Positions 34,425 to 47,608 are shown, numbered from the stretch's first letter. The stretch: DNA of 64,000 nt from Eledone cirrhosa (GCA_964016885.1 OZ024753.1:1426001-1490000), one strand, 5' to 3'. Notes: generated by a model from the letters alone, not told the origin. Program-made: numbers and translations.

Positions 34425-34970
34425 CTAGGGCGGGTAAAATTCCCGATATCCATGGACGAGTTCTCTCCAGCGGTCTCTGTCACTCATTAGCGCTGCCATG
34501 TCCTGTGTCTCCAACAGACCAGTGTCTGTCCTTAGGACATCAACATACGTTAACCTTGGTCTTCCTCTTCCAGTGTGTCCATGTAGGGGCTCCCAGAGGA
34601 GCACTGAGTGCAATGTCAACTCTGGATGTCGGTGAGCCTGTCCAGCTAACTTCAGTCTCCTCTGTGTCACTTTTGAGCTGACTTTTGGGAGCTTTTGGTT
34701 GAGGACTTCCTGTATTTGGGAGCAAAGATTGGGAATACGGAAGATGATGTGGTTGAGAGGAAGAGCAAGGCCTGGGCGGTGTGCCACAGCTTGAGATCGG
34801 TGTGGAAGTCGGACCTTCGTAAAAATCTGAAAATCCGCCTCTTCATTGCTGTAGTGGAATCTGTGCTGCTGTACGGGTCTGAGACTTGGACACTGACCAA
34901 GAAACTCACTCAGATGGTGGATGGGTGCTACACGATGGCTCTGAACATTAATCAGTATACACTGAGGATA
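34425..34970. mobile_element. RTE-group LINE insertion with an inverted 5' segment
   Basis: 34425-34697 (-) encodes LPKVSSKVTQRRLKLAG...GRPRLTYVD...DRDRWR*. 34698-34970 (+) encodes VEDFLYLG...VESVLLYGSETWTLT...MALNI. Confidence 0.85.
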
Positions 34971-36009
34971 TATATATATACATACACACACACATACACC
35001 CACACACATACATATACGCCATATAACTGATAAATTGTTAAAAAGAAAAAAAAAGTAAAAATAACATTATTTTTAAAATTCTAACTCATGTTTATTTCCA
35101 ATATAACGGATGGGATATATGTACACCAAGATTAGTCTGATCTACTACTAGCACTGGTGGTGGGGGTGGTGGTGGTAGTGTTGATTGTAGTAGTGTTGCT
35201 GGTGGTGTTAATACATGACAAAGAGAAAAAACAAGTGCTGCTATGTAGCAAATGAAAACAGCAACACAAGCAGTGAACAGCAGCACATAAATGTGTGTAT
35301 ATGTAAGTATGTATGTGTGTGTGTGTGGGGGGGTCTATATATGTGTGTGTGTGTGGGGGGGTATGTATGTGTGTGTGTGTATATATAGAGAGGGGGGGGG
35401 GGAACAAAAGTAAAGCACACACACACACAAAGATGCACACACGGAGACGCATGCACACACATACTACACACAAGACTCAGCAGTCGTAAAATGAGTGCGA
35501 GACAGGTATAAGAAGAAAAACAAACAACAACAACAACAAAAGTATGTTGTTGACGAGTAAGAGTGTTGTTGATGGTATATTTTCATCATCATAATCATCA
35601 TCGTCAACACATGAACAGCCCCCCCTCCCCGCGCCTTCAAAGAGAAGTGGTCGGTGATGGTGACGTTGAAAGGAAAGTTAAATCTTATTTCTACAATGGT
35701 GAGAACGAATGCCACTGGTTGCCAATAATTTTGGAGTTGTTTCTCATAAGATAAAACAAAACTGGATAAACAAACTGAAAGATTACCAATGTTTATTATT
35801 ATTAATACTAATTTTTATTTTTTTTTTATTCTGTAGAACTGTAGTTTGGAGAAGAAATTTTAAATATGACTAAAGAATAAAACAGAAAATTAGTGTGTAT
35901 GTATGTACGTATGTATGTATGTATGTATGTATGTATGTATGTGTGTGCATATTTTCAGATTCAGCCCTGCCCGTCCCGTCCCTTCAATCTTTCTAATTTC
36001 TCATTCTTT

Positions 36010-36043
36010 CTTCTGATGAAGAACTAGTGTCCGAAACGTTAAT
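36010..36043 (+). ncRNA. Minimal hammerhead-ribozyme-like motif in a repeat of about 180 bp (35955-36135; second copy 41150-41315)
   Basis: CTGATGA-A-GAAC-TAGT-GTCC-GAAAC-GTTA. Copy 2 is TTGATGA-A-GGAC-TAGC-CTCC-GAAAC-GTTAAG. The two-copy consensus restores a GGAC/GTCC stem II and CTT/AAG stem I. Confidence 0.6.
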
Positions 36044-36480
36044 ACCCACTTCCTGCTATTTCAAGCGTTAAACTAATATATATTCTTTCCATATACCGTA
36101 CCGATTGAGTTGTTATTTCTGTCTAACTTTTACATATATATATATATATACACAGCGTGTCAAAAATGTATACATATTTTGCTTACCTCTACAGGCATTA
36201 TTTATTAGAATGCTGTTGAAGTGAGTATATATATATATCATCATCATCACCGTTTTAGATCCGTTCTTCCATGCTAGCATGGGTTAGACGTGTTGTCCTG
36301 TTGTGGGCAGTGTCTGGTCGGCTGACCATGCCTTGCTCATACAGGAACTGATTTGGGCTTGATTTCTACAGCTGGATGCCCTTCCTAACACCAACCTCAT
36401 TTACAGTGAGTGCTGGGGGCTTTTTCCGTGGCGCCTACACGTCCATTTTACAGTGTATATATATATATATATATATATAT

Positions 36481-36607
36481 ATTTAATATAGAAATAGCTT
36501 CTACAGGACTAGAACTGTTTCATTCATTTGAAATCATCAAGGCATTCCTGATGATTTCATACGAATGAAACAGTTCTAGTCCTGTAGAAGTCATTTTTAT
36601 ATTAAAT
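36481..36607. repeat. Fold-back inverted repeat with arms of about 60 bp, containing a CTGATGA...GAAAC motif; related fold-back at 44708-44767
   Basis: Arms are about 90% complementary around a 4-nt loop (CATT, 36543-36546). Confidence 0.85.
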
Positions 36608-37364
36608 ATTGATGTTTTAACTCTACTAATATATTGAGTAATACATTGACTGTGGCTACCCTTAATTTAACTCAGGATCTACACACACACACAGTGGTCG
36701 TGTAGGTGTCACGACAAAAAGCACCCAGCATACACTGAAAATGTGGTTGGTATTTGGAAGGGCATCCAATCATAGAAGCCATGCCAGAAACAGTTCTATA
36801 AGAGCAAGACACGGTTACCTGCTTCAAATGGGACCAACCCACCTAACCCATGCTAGTGTGGAAAATAGACGTTAAATGATGATGATGAGACAGAGAGAGA
36901 GGTGGTGGTGGTGGAGATACCACTATGAATTAGTACTCTCTACCTATGTTCAGTGCTAAGTGAGGTTTACACTTAATTATTTCCTATGGCACAAATAACT
37001 CACACCTGGATTAACTCTGTTGAGGACCCTTCAGTTGTGTCAATGACACGACAGCCTCCCTAGTGTTGGTGAACTACATAACCAGAGTCAGTACATGCTG
37101 CCAAATGGTTGGTGATAGGAAGGGCATCCAGCCAAACAAATGGTTGAGAGAACCTTTCATGTGTGAAGGACATGACAAACTCTCTAGTGTTGGTATCACA
37201 ATAAAATGCACTTGGTAGAATGTTGAACCATACGTAACCAAGATGGGAACTCCTGGCCTGTCTTGAAGGTCAGTAGCCCTGCTTTAGTACAAACTCGGGC
37301 AGTGAGGATCCATCCAACCCTTGCTAGCAGGGAAAGTGAACATTAAATGATGATGATGATGATT

Positions 37365-37419
<55 letters not shown>

Positions 37420-37420
<1 letters not shown>

Positions 37421-38090
37421 GTGTGGGTGTGCCTTTGCAGAGATCCAAGCCACCCGACACACACAAGACAGCCAGAGAATACTTTCTCTAGTTAAAGCTT
37501 TCAACATCTTGGGCTGAATCTCATCCTTCCCAGAGGCCTTGTCACAATTGAGCTCTTTTATTGCTCTTATCATCACAACCTTTGAGAGGCACCTCATGTA
37601 CATCAAAAGGTCACAAGGATGCTCCTCTCCAAAGAGTGGAGAACCCCAGTTGTGTTCCAGATAACATACGTGGAGGAGGACTTCTTATGAAGTTGGTGGA
37701 TGTTCTGCCAGAACACTTTATTTGCTGATCTAAAGTTGAATTGCAGCTTAATACCGAAGTCTTTGGATACCTTTACTGTCTCTGCTGTGATGTTTCACTT
37801 CTGCTTATACTGCAAGTGCAAAGAGGACATATTTCGAAGCCAAGCTTTGTAAGCCTCCTTTTTTGCTCGCATGGCATCTTTGACCACTTGATTGAACAAA
37901 GGAGTTCACCCGTCCCACCAAACTGAACAGTCTCCACTCCAGTTCAGCGTCCTCAGTTTGACCAGAGAGTTCTCTGAATTTGGATGCAATAGTATCCACA
38001 TACCCGGTCCTGACTTCCTTATCCAACAGCGCTTCCCACTCTATCCTGTAGGTCGAGCGAGACTGTAGGACCGCTAGAATACCACCTAAG
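37420..38090 (-). mobile_element. Decayed RTE-like LINE ORF fragment
   Basis: AIKELNCDKASGKDEIQPKMLKAL resembles the KAxGxDxI motif preceding non-LTR RT domains; frameshifted. Confidence 0.7.
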
Positions 38091-38295
38091 CGGAGATGTA
38101 TAGATGTATGTATGTATGTATGTGTGTGTGTATGTAGTTATGAATGTGTATGTATATATGTAGGCATGTATGTATGTATGTAATTATGTAAGTATGTATG
38201 TACTAATTCGCGGGTAGACAATGTACATAGGGGGTTCATGTGTCTTAGAGATCCAGAATTGTCAAACTAAACCTTTCACAATAGAGATGAAATGA

Positions 38296-38363
<68 letters not shown>

Positions 38364-39810
38364 CATTCTAATAAATATGTGTATACATTTTTGGAACACC
38401 CAGTATATATATGTCAGTAGTAAATGTGTGTATGTATATATATATGTATGTCTGTGTATATGTGTTTGTGTGTATACGAGTTTATGAAGAGAAAAATTGT
38501 TAATATCGGGTGGTGCTCGACAAATAGTAAGCAAGCCATCGAGCAAGCAAGGCGTTGAGAGAGAGAGATAAATCACACACAGGCAGACTATCAATATTCA
38601 CACACGAACATACATAGTGATGTAGTTAGTATACTTGCAATAGAAACATTCTGCTTGCTAAATATCCACTTTTTTAGGTTCATTTTCTTTTCCTTAAACA
38701 AAAATATGTACGGATTTACTAACAAAATGTATAATTGACTCTGCTAGGTTAATATTGAGTATTACGAACTACTTATGTTTTTATCGATATATTGTTTATA
38801 TAAATATCATATATTAAGCATAGGTGATGTTGATAAGGAGAATTCGCTCTTATATTATATATATATATATATAGATAGGTGAGGTTTCTCAGAGGCAAAC
38901 AAAAATAGTCATGTTTATGAAAACCTCTTGTGAAAATGATGACAACTTCGCTCGTATGAATTACCTAATATTAAAATTATTTTCCCAGTCGATGATAGAT
39001 GAAGAACATAAAACCTACTTACATCTACAAGAATAAAAATCTTACTCTGGCCTACATAATAAAATAAAGCCTTTCGTTGCCATATTTCTAATGAAAAACA
39101 CTCGTTAATTTCAAATAGTTTTCAAAATAGTCAAGTAAATTCAGTATCAGTGCCTCTTGTGGTGTTTAACAAAATGTGCCTGTCGTCTCCCACTTAAAAA
39201 AAATACATTTACATATATATATATATATATATAAATTGTTTATATACTAATATATAGTGTGTTTATCAATAAAGATACCTAAACAGAATAAGAAAAAACT
39301 ATAAAGAGTTTGGGGTGACATAATATAACTTATTATTTATCTGGAGTTCAGAATATAACTTAGCAAACGTTTGTCTGTCCGTTTGTTTGTTTTTTCTCCC
39401 CATAAAATCAGGTTTGGAAAGTTCGGTTTTTAGAGAAATATAAACATTTAAAAATAAACAACTTAGAATGGTAGAGAGAAGGAATAGTTTGAGGCGGTTT
39501 GATGTGAGAAGAATTAGAAACACTGCAACATACATTAGCAGAGTTGTCAAAAACACCATGACTAACGATAGTAGTTGAGGCTAAGTAGGTAGGTATATAA
39601 TGTAGAAACACAAGTGCCAGATAGAATTAATGACGCTTAGAAGGAATATAAAATGGCCATAGCGAGGTGCCAAACCTAGTGATATCATAAATAAATCGAC
39701 TTCCTGAAATAATCATCCATTTTATCTAATAATCAAGAAATAATACAATCAAGCTATAAATAAATGTATGTATGTATGTATGTGTGTGTGTATGTATATA
39801 TCTATATATA

Positions 39811-39880
39811 CAGGGTGTCCTCCAAAATGTATGCACACTTCAGCATTCTAATGAAAGTGTGTATACATTTTTGGGTCACC

Positions 39881-39883
<3 letters not shown>
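39811..39883. mobile_element. Tc1/mariner-type MITE embedded in (TA)n. Related copies at about 31534-31613, 36153-36225, 38360-38403, 40629-40728, 45330-45364, 46550-46593
   Basis: TA|CAGGGTGTCC..AAAATGTAT.CACACTT ... AAGTGTGTATACATTTTTGGGTCACCCTG|TA, with TIRs of about 30 bp. Confidence 0.8.
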
Positions 39884-39945
<62 letters not shown>

Positions 39946-40737
39946 CATATATATGTCTTCAAGTGCCTTTTATGAAGCCGCTGGATTGAATATTGCAGAT
40001 TTGAAGTTGTAATTCTTGATGATACTCACAGCTTTGTCTTTGATGGTCTCCATTAAGACTGTCCATACTCCTCTCATCCAGATAGTGTTGTTGTATTACA
40101 TCTTTCAAACCTGGGGGGGACATACTATTCGCCACCATCACCATCTCCAGCTTTAAGGGGTGTATATAAAAGGTATGTGAGAGCCATGGGAAACTACTCC
40201 ATCCTCCAGGCATTCCAAGTAGAAAACATACATACATATACATACAAATCATCATCATTGTTTAATATCGATTTTCTCTGCTAACAAGGGTTGGATGGGT
40301 CATCAACAGAATAGATTAATACTCTAGCAGATCTATTGAACTCCTTCGACAAGCCAGAGGCCTGCTTCTCGCTTATATACATTCCCTCACCTTACTGGAT
40401 GCTCAGATGGGATGGTGGCCCACAACTCACTAATATACACACCCGTGTTCTACTAAATATGTTTTATATATATACACACACAAACATATATATATATACA
40501 GGGGGACCCCCCGAAAATGCACACACACACACACAAACATACATATATATATATATATATATACAGGGGGACCCCCCCCCCCCGAAAATTTTCACACACA
40601 CACAAACATACATATATATATATATATACAGGGGGACCCCCCGAAAATGTACACACACTTTGATTACCTGTACAGGCAATATTTATTAGAATACTGTTGA
40701 AGTGTGTATACATGTTTTGGCCACCCTGTGTAAGTGC

Positions 40738-40769
<32 letters not shown>

Positions 40770-42063
40770 GTATATGTATGTATTACACCTATGCATGTAT
40801 ATATATTGCACCTATACATGTCTATGTATATACACACACACACACACACATGTATAGGTGCAAGCAAGGCTGTGTAGCTAGGGACCTTGCTTCACAAGCA
40901 TGTAGTTGGCATTAGGAAGGGCATCCAGCCATAGAAACCATGGTAGAATAGAATGCATAAGCAAGATACAGCCATCAGACCATGTCAACACATCTAAACC
41001 ATGTATGGGGAAATAGATATTAAATGGTGATACTATACACGCACATCTCTAAAAAATAAATCATACACAAAATGCCAGCACCAACAGTTTTGCAAGAGAT
41101 GTCAACATGAATGAACCTGTTATTTTTATCTAAAGACATTTTTCCCAATTCCAACCCGCCTGTCCCCTCAATCTATCTTATTTCTCATTCTTTCTTTTGA
41201 TGAAGGACTAGCCTCCGAAACGTTAAGGCCCTCTTCCTGTTATATCAAGCGTTAACCTAATATATCCCTTCCATATACTGTACCAATTGTGTTGTTATTT
41301 CTGTTTACCTTTTACATACATATATATATATATATATATGTATTTGCATGTGTGTGTACATACACGCTGTAAATTAGTTGGAGATAGGAAGGGCATCCAG
41401 CCACATAAAGCTTGTCAAACAAGGTTGAGAGGACCCTTTAGTTGTGTCAAGGTTATGACAGCCTCCCTAGTGATAGTGATCTACACAATAACCCATTACA
41501 TGCTTTAAAGTGGTTGGTGTTAGGAAGGGCATCCGACCATAGAAAGCTTGCCAAACAAGGGGTTAGGAGGATCCTTCAGTTTGTGTTAAAAGACACAACT
41601 TCTCCTCTGTACTCAATATGACCAATATGTAAGCAAGATGCAGCCCCCTCAGCCTGTCTGGGAGGTCAGTAGCCTCGCTTCAGTACTGACTTGGTCTATG
41701 TAGGACCATCCAACCCATGCTAGCAGAGAAAGCTATATAGGATTTGTCCAACCCATGGAAGCATGGAAAAGCAGGCGTAACGATGATGATAATGATAGTA
41801 ATGATATATATATAAATATATATATTATATTTATATCATCATCATTGTTTAACATCATGGGTTAGATTGAGTGTCCTGTTTGAGGCAAGTCTGATGAGGT
41901 AACCATGTCTTGCCCATACAGAACTGTTTCTAGCTTAGTTTCTATGGCTGGATGCCCTTCCCAACACCAACCATATTTCAGTTTGTGCTGGGTACTTTTC
42001 ATTGTGACACCTACACAACCACTTTACTCACGAGTGTGTGTGTGTGTGTATTTGTATTTATAT

Positions 42064-42407
42064 GGAGGCACATGGCTTAGTGGTTAGAGCATTGGCCTTG
42101 CAATTGAAAGGTTGTGAGTTCAATTGTCAGACCAGGTGATGTGTTGTTTCCTTGCGCAAGACACTTTATTTTACATTGCTCCAGTTTACTCAGCTGCAAA
42201 GTGGTTGTAGAGGTGCCACGGCAAAAAAGCACCCAGCCCACACTGTAAAGTGGACGTGTAGGTGCCACGGAAAAAAAGCACCCAGCACTCACTGTAAATG
42301 AGGTTGGTGTTAGGAATGGAAACCAGCTGTAGAAATCAAGCCAGAATCAGTTCCCGTTCCACCCTTGCAAGCAGGGAAAAGTGGACGTAAAATGAAATGA
42401 TGATGAT
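42064..42407 (+). mobile_element. SINE family B (tRNA head, CORE-like domain, internal tandem body, RTE-like tail), near full-length. Partial copies at about 355-570, 13157-13270, 36236-36460(-), 36690-36890, 41370-41790, 41835-42030(-), 43510-43790(-), 55744-55895(-), 59945-60285(-)
   Basis: TGGCTTAGTGGTTAGAG...GAGTTCAATT head, CCTTG(A/C)GCAAGACACTT CORE-like motif, AAAAAGCACCCAGCCCACACTGTAAA repeats. Family consensus carries GGAAGGGCATCCAGC and an AACCCATGCTAGC...(ATG)n tail. Confidence 0.8.
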
Positions 42408-42569
42408 ATACATGTGGGTGTATACATATATCTCTGTATTATCACTGCCATTTTATGTCTGCTTATGTTATCAGAATGGATCGGATGGGTTACCTAAGTT
42501 TGAGTCTTCTTGTGTCGAAGTACAACTTGATGAGAGAAAGGCAAGTCTGAGAGTAATAGAAGATTATAT

Positions 42570-43020
42570 ATATGAGGTGGTAGCAAAAAGTTCCCGGACT
42601 AATTATGTTTAAAAAAAACTAATATATTTACTTAAGTTTTAACATCATCTCCTTCGAAATAGTCACTTTGCACAGCAATACACCAGTCCCAGAGTTTCTG
42701 CAGCTTTTAGAATCCAGCCTGGAAGTCGTTTACGGTAAGCAAGTTGAGGACCTTCAGCGATTCTCTCTGGATCTCAGCAACGGTGTTAAAACGGTGACCT
42801 TTGAGCTGCATTTTCAGCTTGGAGATGGAAATCAATAGGCGCTAAATCTGATGAATAGGGCGGGTGTGAAAGCGATACAATGTTATTTTTGGTGAGAAAC
42901 TGAACGAGTGAGAAGAGCTCACTGACAGCGTGCACTGTCTCGTGAAGAATCTAATTCTTGGCGCTCCACCGATCCAGTCACTTTCGCAAAATGTTTTCCC
43001 TCAAATGCCCCAAAACAGAG
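42570..43020 (-). pseudogene. Mariner transposase relic (3' part) with right terminal repeat
   Basis: Manual translation gives FLTKNNIVSLSHPPYSSDLAPIDFHL / KLKMQLKGHRF...FQAGF*KLQKLWDWCIAVQSDYFEGD, matching mariner YSPDLAP and C-terminal W..C....G.YFE motifs. Contains a stop and frameshifts, and ends at (TA)n. Confidence 0.88.
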
Positions 43021-43330
43021 ATGAACACCTACATATACATTGAATTTCTCACTAAACTCATTTCGTTGACAGCTTTCACCACACTTACAACTAGTTTTCT
43101 TAAGGATCATCAGACAACAGATTGTGGTACTCTGTCAAAGGCCTTCTCCAGATCAATACAAGCTAAATATAGTGGTTTACACTTAACAAGGAGATTCTCT
43201 TGTAGTTGTCTCACAAAGAAGAGACCACTGGTGATACTCCATCTTGGCATAAAACCAAATAGCACCTCATCTAATCTGATTTGTTTCTTAATTGTGCTAA
43301 AACTCTTTCTGCCATTTTCATATGTTTGAT
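43020..43330 (-). mobile_element. RTE RT N-terminal fragment abutting the mariner relic
   Basis: FGFMPRWSITSGLFFVRQLQE...LYLACIDLEKAFDRVP. Confidence 0.85.
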
Positions 43331-43799
43331 TAGTTTTTTTGTCTCTGTAGTTATTAAAAACAAAATAGAAAAAGTTTGGAATGAAAGACTGGCTGTATGA
43401 TGCCAGCTTGTGAAGTGTAGCACTGAATGGAAGTGAAAGGTGGGTAGTAAATGCAGAGGATATGTAGAGGTTAGAGAAAAATGAAGTGAGCATGCTTCAA
43501 TAGTTCAACATCATCATCACCACACTAGCATGGGTTAGACAAGTTGTCCCATTGTGAAGTACAGAACTGTTTCTATGGCTGGATGTCCTTCCTAACACTA
43601 ACCACATTTAGAGTATGGACTGGGTGCTTTTTATTCTGTCACCAACACGACCACTTTACGGGGTAGACTAGGCACTTTTTGTTGTGTCACCATCACGACC
43701 ACTTTACGGGGTAGACTAGGCACTTTTTGTTGTGTCACCAACACAACTACTTAGAGAGTGGACTGGGCACTTTTTTCTTGTGTCATTAATATACATGAA

Positions 43800-44082
43800 C
43801 AGCAAAGCATGGAAAGGGCTGAAAGAAAAACTGGGTATAAGGGGAATTAAACGTAGTGTACAAGAGAGAAGACTGTGCTAGGATGGACATGTGATGTGTA
43901 TAGATACTGATTTAGTGAAAAAGTGCCAGGAGTTCTCAGTAGAAAGAAGCTGCAGTAGAGGAAAACCAAGCAAGACTTGGACAGAAGTGGCGAAAGTAAA
44001 CCTCTCAGGGGAGATGACAAAGGAATACAGTAGGTGGAGGGAAGCTATACTGGAAAAGCAGATATAAAAGGATGATGATGAT
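43800..44082 (+). mobile_element. Degraded RTE 3' end
   Basis: EKLGIRGIKRSVQERRL...GHVM...GKPSKTW, then an (ATG)n tail; same family as 4597-5860. Confidence 0.75.
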
Positions 44083-46181
44083 TGCTACACCAGTATATCA
44101 TGTATTACCTGGTTGACAATGCACTTCAGCAACTGTTTCTAATAGTTTGCCAGCTTTTCCCTTTCTCATATTCCTGGTGGCTCCTTTTGGCCATATAAAT
44201 ATCCTTCTGTTGGGTCTGCAGGAGCTAATCCACACTTCTTCCATTCCTATCAACCTCTCATAATGCCAGGGAGTCTAAGTACACCATATCATTCCGAACA
44301 TATAGAAACACATACATATATATATAATTGTTTCTACTTTTGGCACAAGGCCAGCAATTACCCAGTGCATTACTGGTACTTTATTTTATCGACCCCGTAA
44401 GGATGAAAGGCAAAGTTAACCTCGGCACGATTTGAACTCAGAATGGCAAGGGCCGTAACTCTATGCGTCAAAGCGTGGCGTCCGACCCTCTACCGATACT
44501 GCCAATCCAATATATAATGTTCTCATTACACTCTATAGGGAGTAGTGTAAGTGCCATGATAAAATGCCCCCAGCTGTAGAGACCATAACAAAAAGGGAAC
44601 ATATGTCCCCAGCATTGAAAACAAGACATTAAATGATACATTACATATATACTTCACACACACATTATGTCTGTGTGTGTGTAGTATCATGTCTAATGTA
44701 AAAGTGGTTTCTACAGGACTAGAACTGTTTCATTCAAAAGAAATCACGATTTCTTCTGAATGAAACATCATCCTTAAACGCGAAAAATTCGGTTTTGTAC
44801 ATTGTTTTTACACACACACACACACGTAGATATATGTGTGTGTATATACATATATATATATACTCGAAGTTAATACTGACATTTTAATTTAATTTAGTAT
44901 AAATGTTAAAGCAATTTACTTCTCCCTTAGTTTTCAATCACAATACAATTTTAATAATCTTAATCGTTAGCCGCTCTCTTTTTTGACACTAAACCTTAAA
45001 ACGTTAAGAACTCAGTGACAATTCCGAATGTTGTGATAGATATATTAGCAACGGCTATTTACTTGTTTATAGCTCGATAAATCGGAAATAATGGAAAATG
45101 AATACTTCTTAAAAGAATTGCTGTTTATATATATATATATATATCGTATGAAAAACATATTTCTTAACCATATGATTAATAGTTAATCCCTCACTGTTAA
45201 AAAAATATCCCTCAAATTTTTAATGCCTTACGGGTATCATTAACGATAGATCTCAAAATAAGGAAATAAAAACATCTCGTAGTGCCGAACGGATTCATTT
45301 CCTACGTAACGATGAATGCTTAGAATGTTGGTGAAGTGTGTATACATTTTTGGGGGACACCTTGTATATATAAGTCAACAAGGGAACCCTAACCCCGATG
45401 TGTATATACGCAATAAATCCAGTGTATTAAAAGGATCCCGGTCTTACGATCAAAAACTCCAGGGATCTAATCGACAGAGTGTCTGATAAAATAACTCTAA
45501 CCTTTTAGCATTTAAACCGGCCGTATCCGGCCAGAATTCTTCACCTCTTTCTGTTTAAACTGGCTGTAACTGGCCGCTCATTCTGATGTTAAGGTATTGT
45601 TCTCAAAATAGATATTAAAATCTCATAGATTCAATATTATATGAGATAATTATGAGAGGTAAAGTGTTTACCGTGAAAATACAATAGCATATATAGAGTA
45701 ATGTAAATGCTAAAGGGTTATGGTATTTTTGTCCAAATCCTGCCAAGGACAATATTAGGGGCCAATAAAATAAAGAAAGAAAGAACCAGTGGATTTAATC
45801 AACCGGCCCCTCCCTACAAAACTGTTAGTTTTGTATCTAAATTGACAATCTGATAATATACCTATTATTCAAATTAACTAGAATAAAAATTAAATTAAAT
45901 ATCATAAAAATAATCATCATTATTAAGGGTTATTGGTTTCATGTTTTTTCTAAGGTATTTTGGTTACATTTAAATTGGATAAAAAGGCGAAATATTTTGA
46001 TGGATGAAATGAGAAGTAGTAGTAAGGGTCGGTATTTTATTTCTCCCCTCATTGAATCCCGGCATTATTTGAATTGTTGAATTGAGAAAGTGATGCAACT
46101 AAAGACATATACAATATTTGGCTCGCACTTCTACTTCTCTGTTTCTTTCTGCAATCATCAACAACAATTAATTATATTTTA

Positions 46182-46236
<55 letters not shown>

Positions 46237-46387
46237 TTTACGTATCGAGAAAGAGAGAAAAAAAAGGAGGGATAGGTGATACATATAGTTATTTGCCAAG
46301 TAGCGTATGCCAAAGGTGCTCGATACTATTGCCGGCAGTATTAAATATTCGAAGTGTTAATATTTAGTGGGCTAGAGAGTTAGCAGA

Positions 46388-46431
<44 letters not shown>

Positions 46432-47544
46432 AAATGAAGTTAACGGAGTCAGAAACTCGCGTTAGTCCCTGTAATTCATGAGCCATGTAACTTGATAAAC
46501 ACACTCTCTCTCGTGTGTTTTCTTCTCTATATTATATATATACACACACAAGGTGTGTATAATCAGTGTGTATACATCTTTGGGGACACCCTGTGTGTAT
46601 GTATATTTATATGTTTATATATATATATATATATATATATATGGTCGTAATGTGGATAATTTTAAGTACTCTATGGTCCCAAATAATAAGGTGAGGATAA
46701 ACGGAGGGGTTGGGAAATCAGTAATTGCTTAGTGTACGTAAATCAGGGATTTCTTGTAATGTTTTTTTTTTGTCATATAGATTGTTTGTTTTTTTAATGT
46801 AAAATAAAATAATTATTAGCTTCTCCAGCTGCTTTATCGATATGAATCACAATAAAATTTCACAGGAGATAGATTAGCAAATTTTAATAAGCGAAGGTGA
46901 GGATGGGAGACCTGAAAAATTAATAAGGTGGGGAGGTAGTCAAGATCTGGGAGTACATTATAATGGTTTCTTATATAGGCACAAGGCCAGCAATTTTTTT
47001 GGGGGGGGAGGGGGAAAATCGATTAAATCGACCCAGTACGTTACTGGTGCTTTATTTTATCGACCCCGTAAGGATGAAAGGCAAAGTTAACCTCGGCGGC
47101 ATTTGAACTCAGATTGTAAAGGACCGTAACTCTATGCTGCAAATCATGGCGTCCGACCCTCTACCGATATTGCCAACCCACCTCTGGGAGTACATTATAA
47201 TGGAAAAAGTAATTTTACTGATAAGAGTTCTAAAGCTGCCAGGGTTAAACCATGTTTTAACCCTTCCAGGCACAAGAATTGGGGACTGCACATTAGGAGG
47301 AAATTTAATCGACTAATGATGCATTTATTTTAATTAATTACTATGTACATATATTTTATATAAACTGTAAATACGTAACTACTTAGATTGGCGAATTCAA
47401 TAAATATTCTAACGAATTATTTAGCGTTAAATTTGAAATAATTCAACAATAATATGTTGGTACAGTTTCAAATATATTTGTAAATACTGAACCACCCATA
47501 CATAAAAAGTACAGAGATTGGCATTTTCATTACCACATATATAC

Positions 47545-47608
47545 ATTATATATATAGTTATACTTGAATATATATATATATATAGTTATATATATAGTTA
47601 TACCTGTA

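Noticed and set aside
35470-35760. Non-repetitive, relatively CpG-rich island with a 63-aa ORF and possible donors
   Set aside because: No homology or consistent exon structure that I can support. It could be regulatory, but that is untestable from sequence alone.
42064-42135. tRNA-like sequence (also at 13157, 32075 and 57775)
   Set aside because: A and B boxes run into SINE bodies and no complete cloverleaf is evident, so these are SINE heads.
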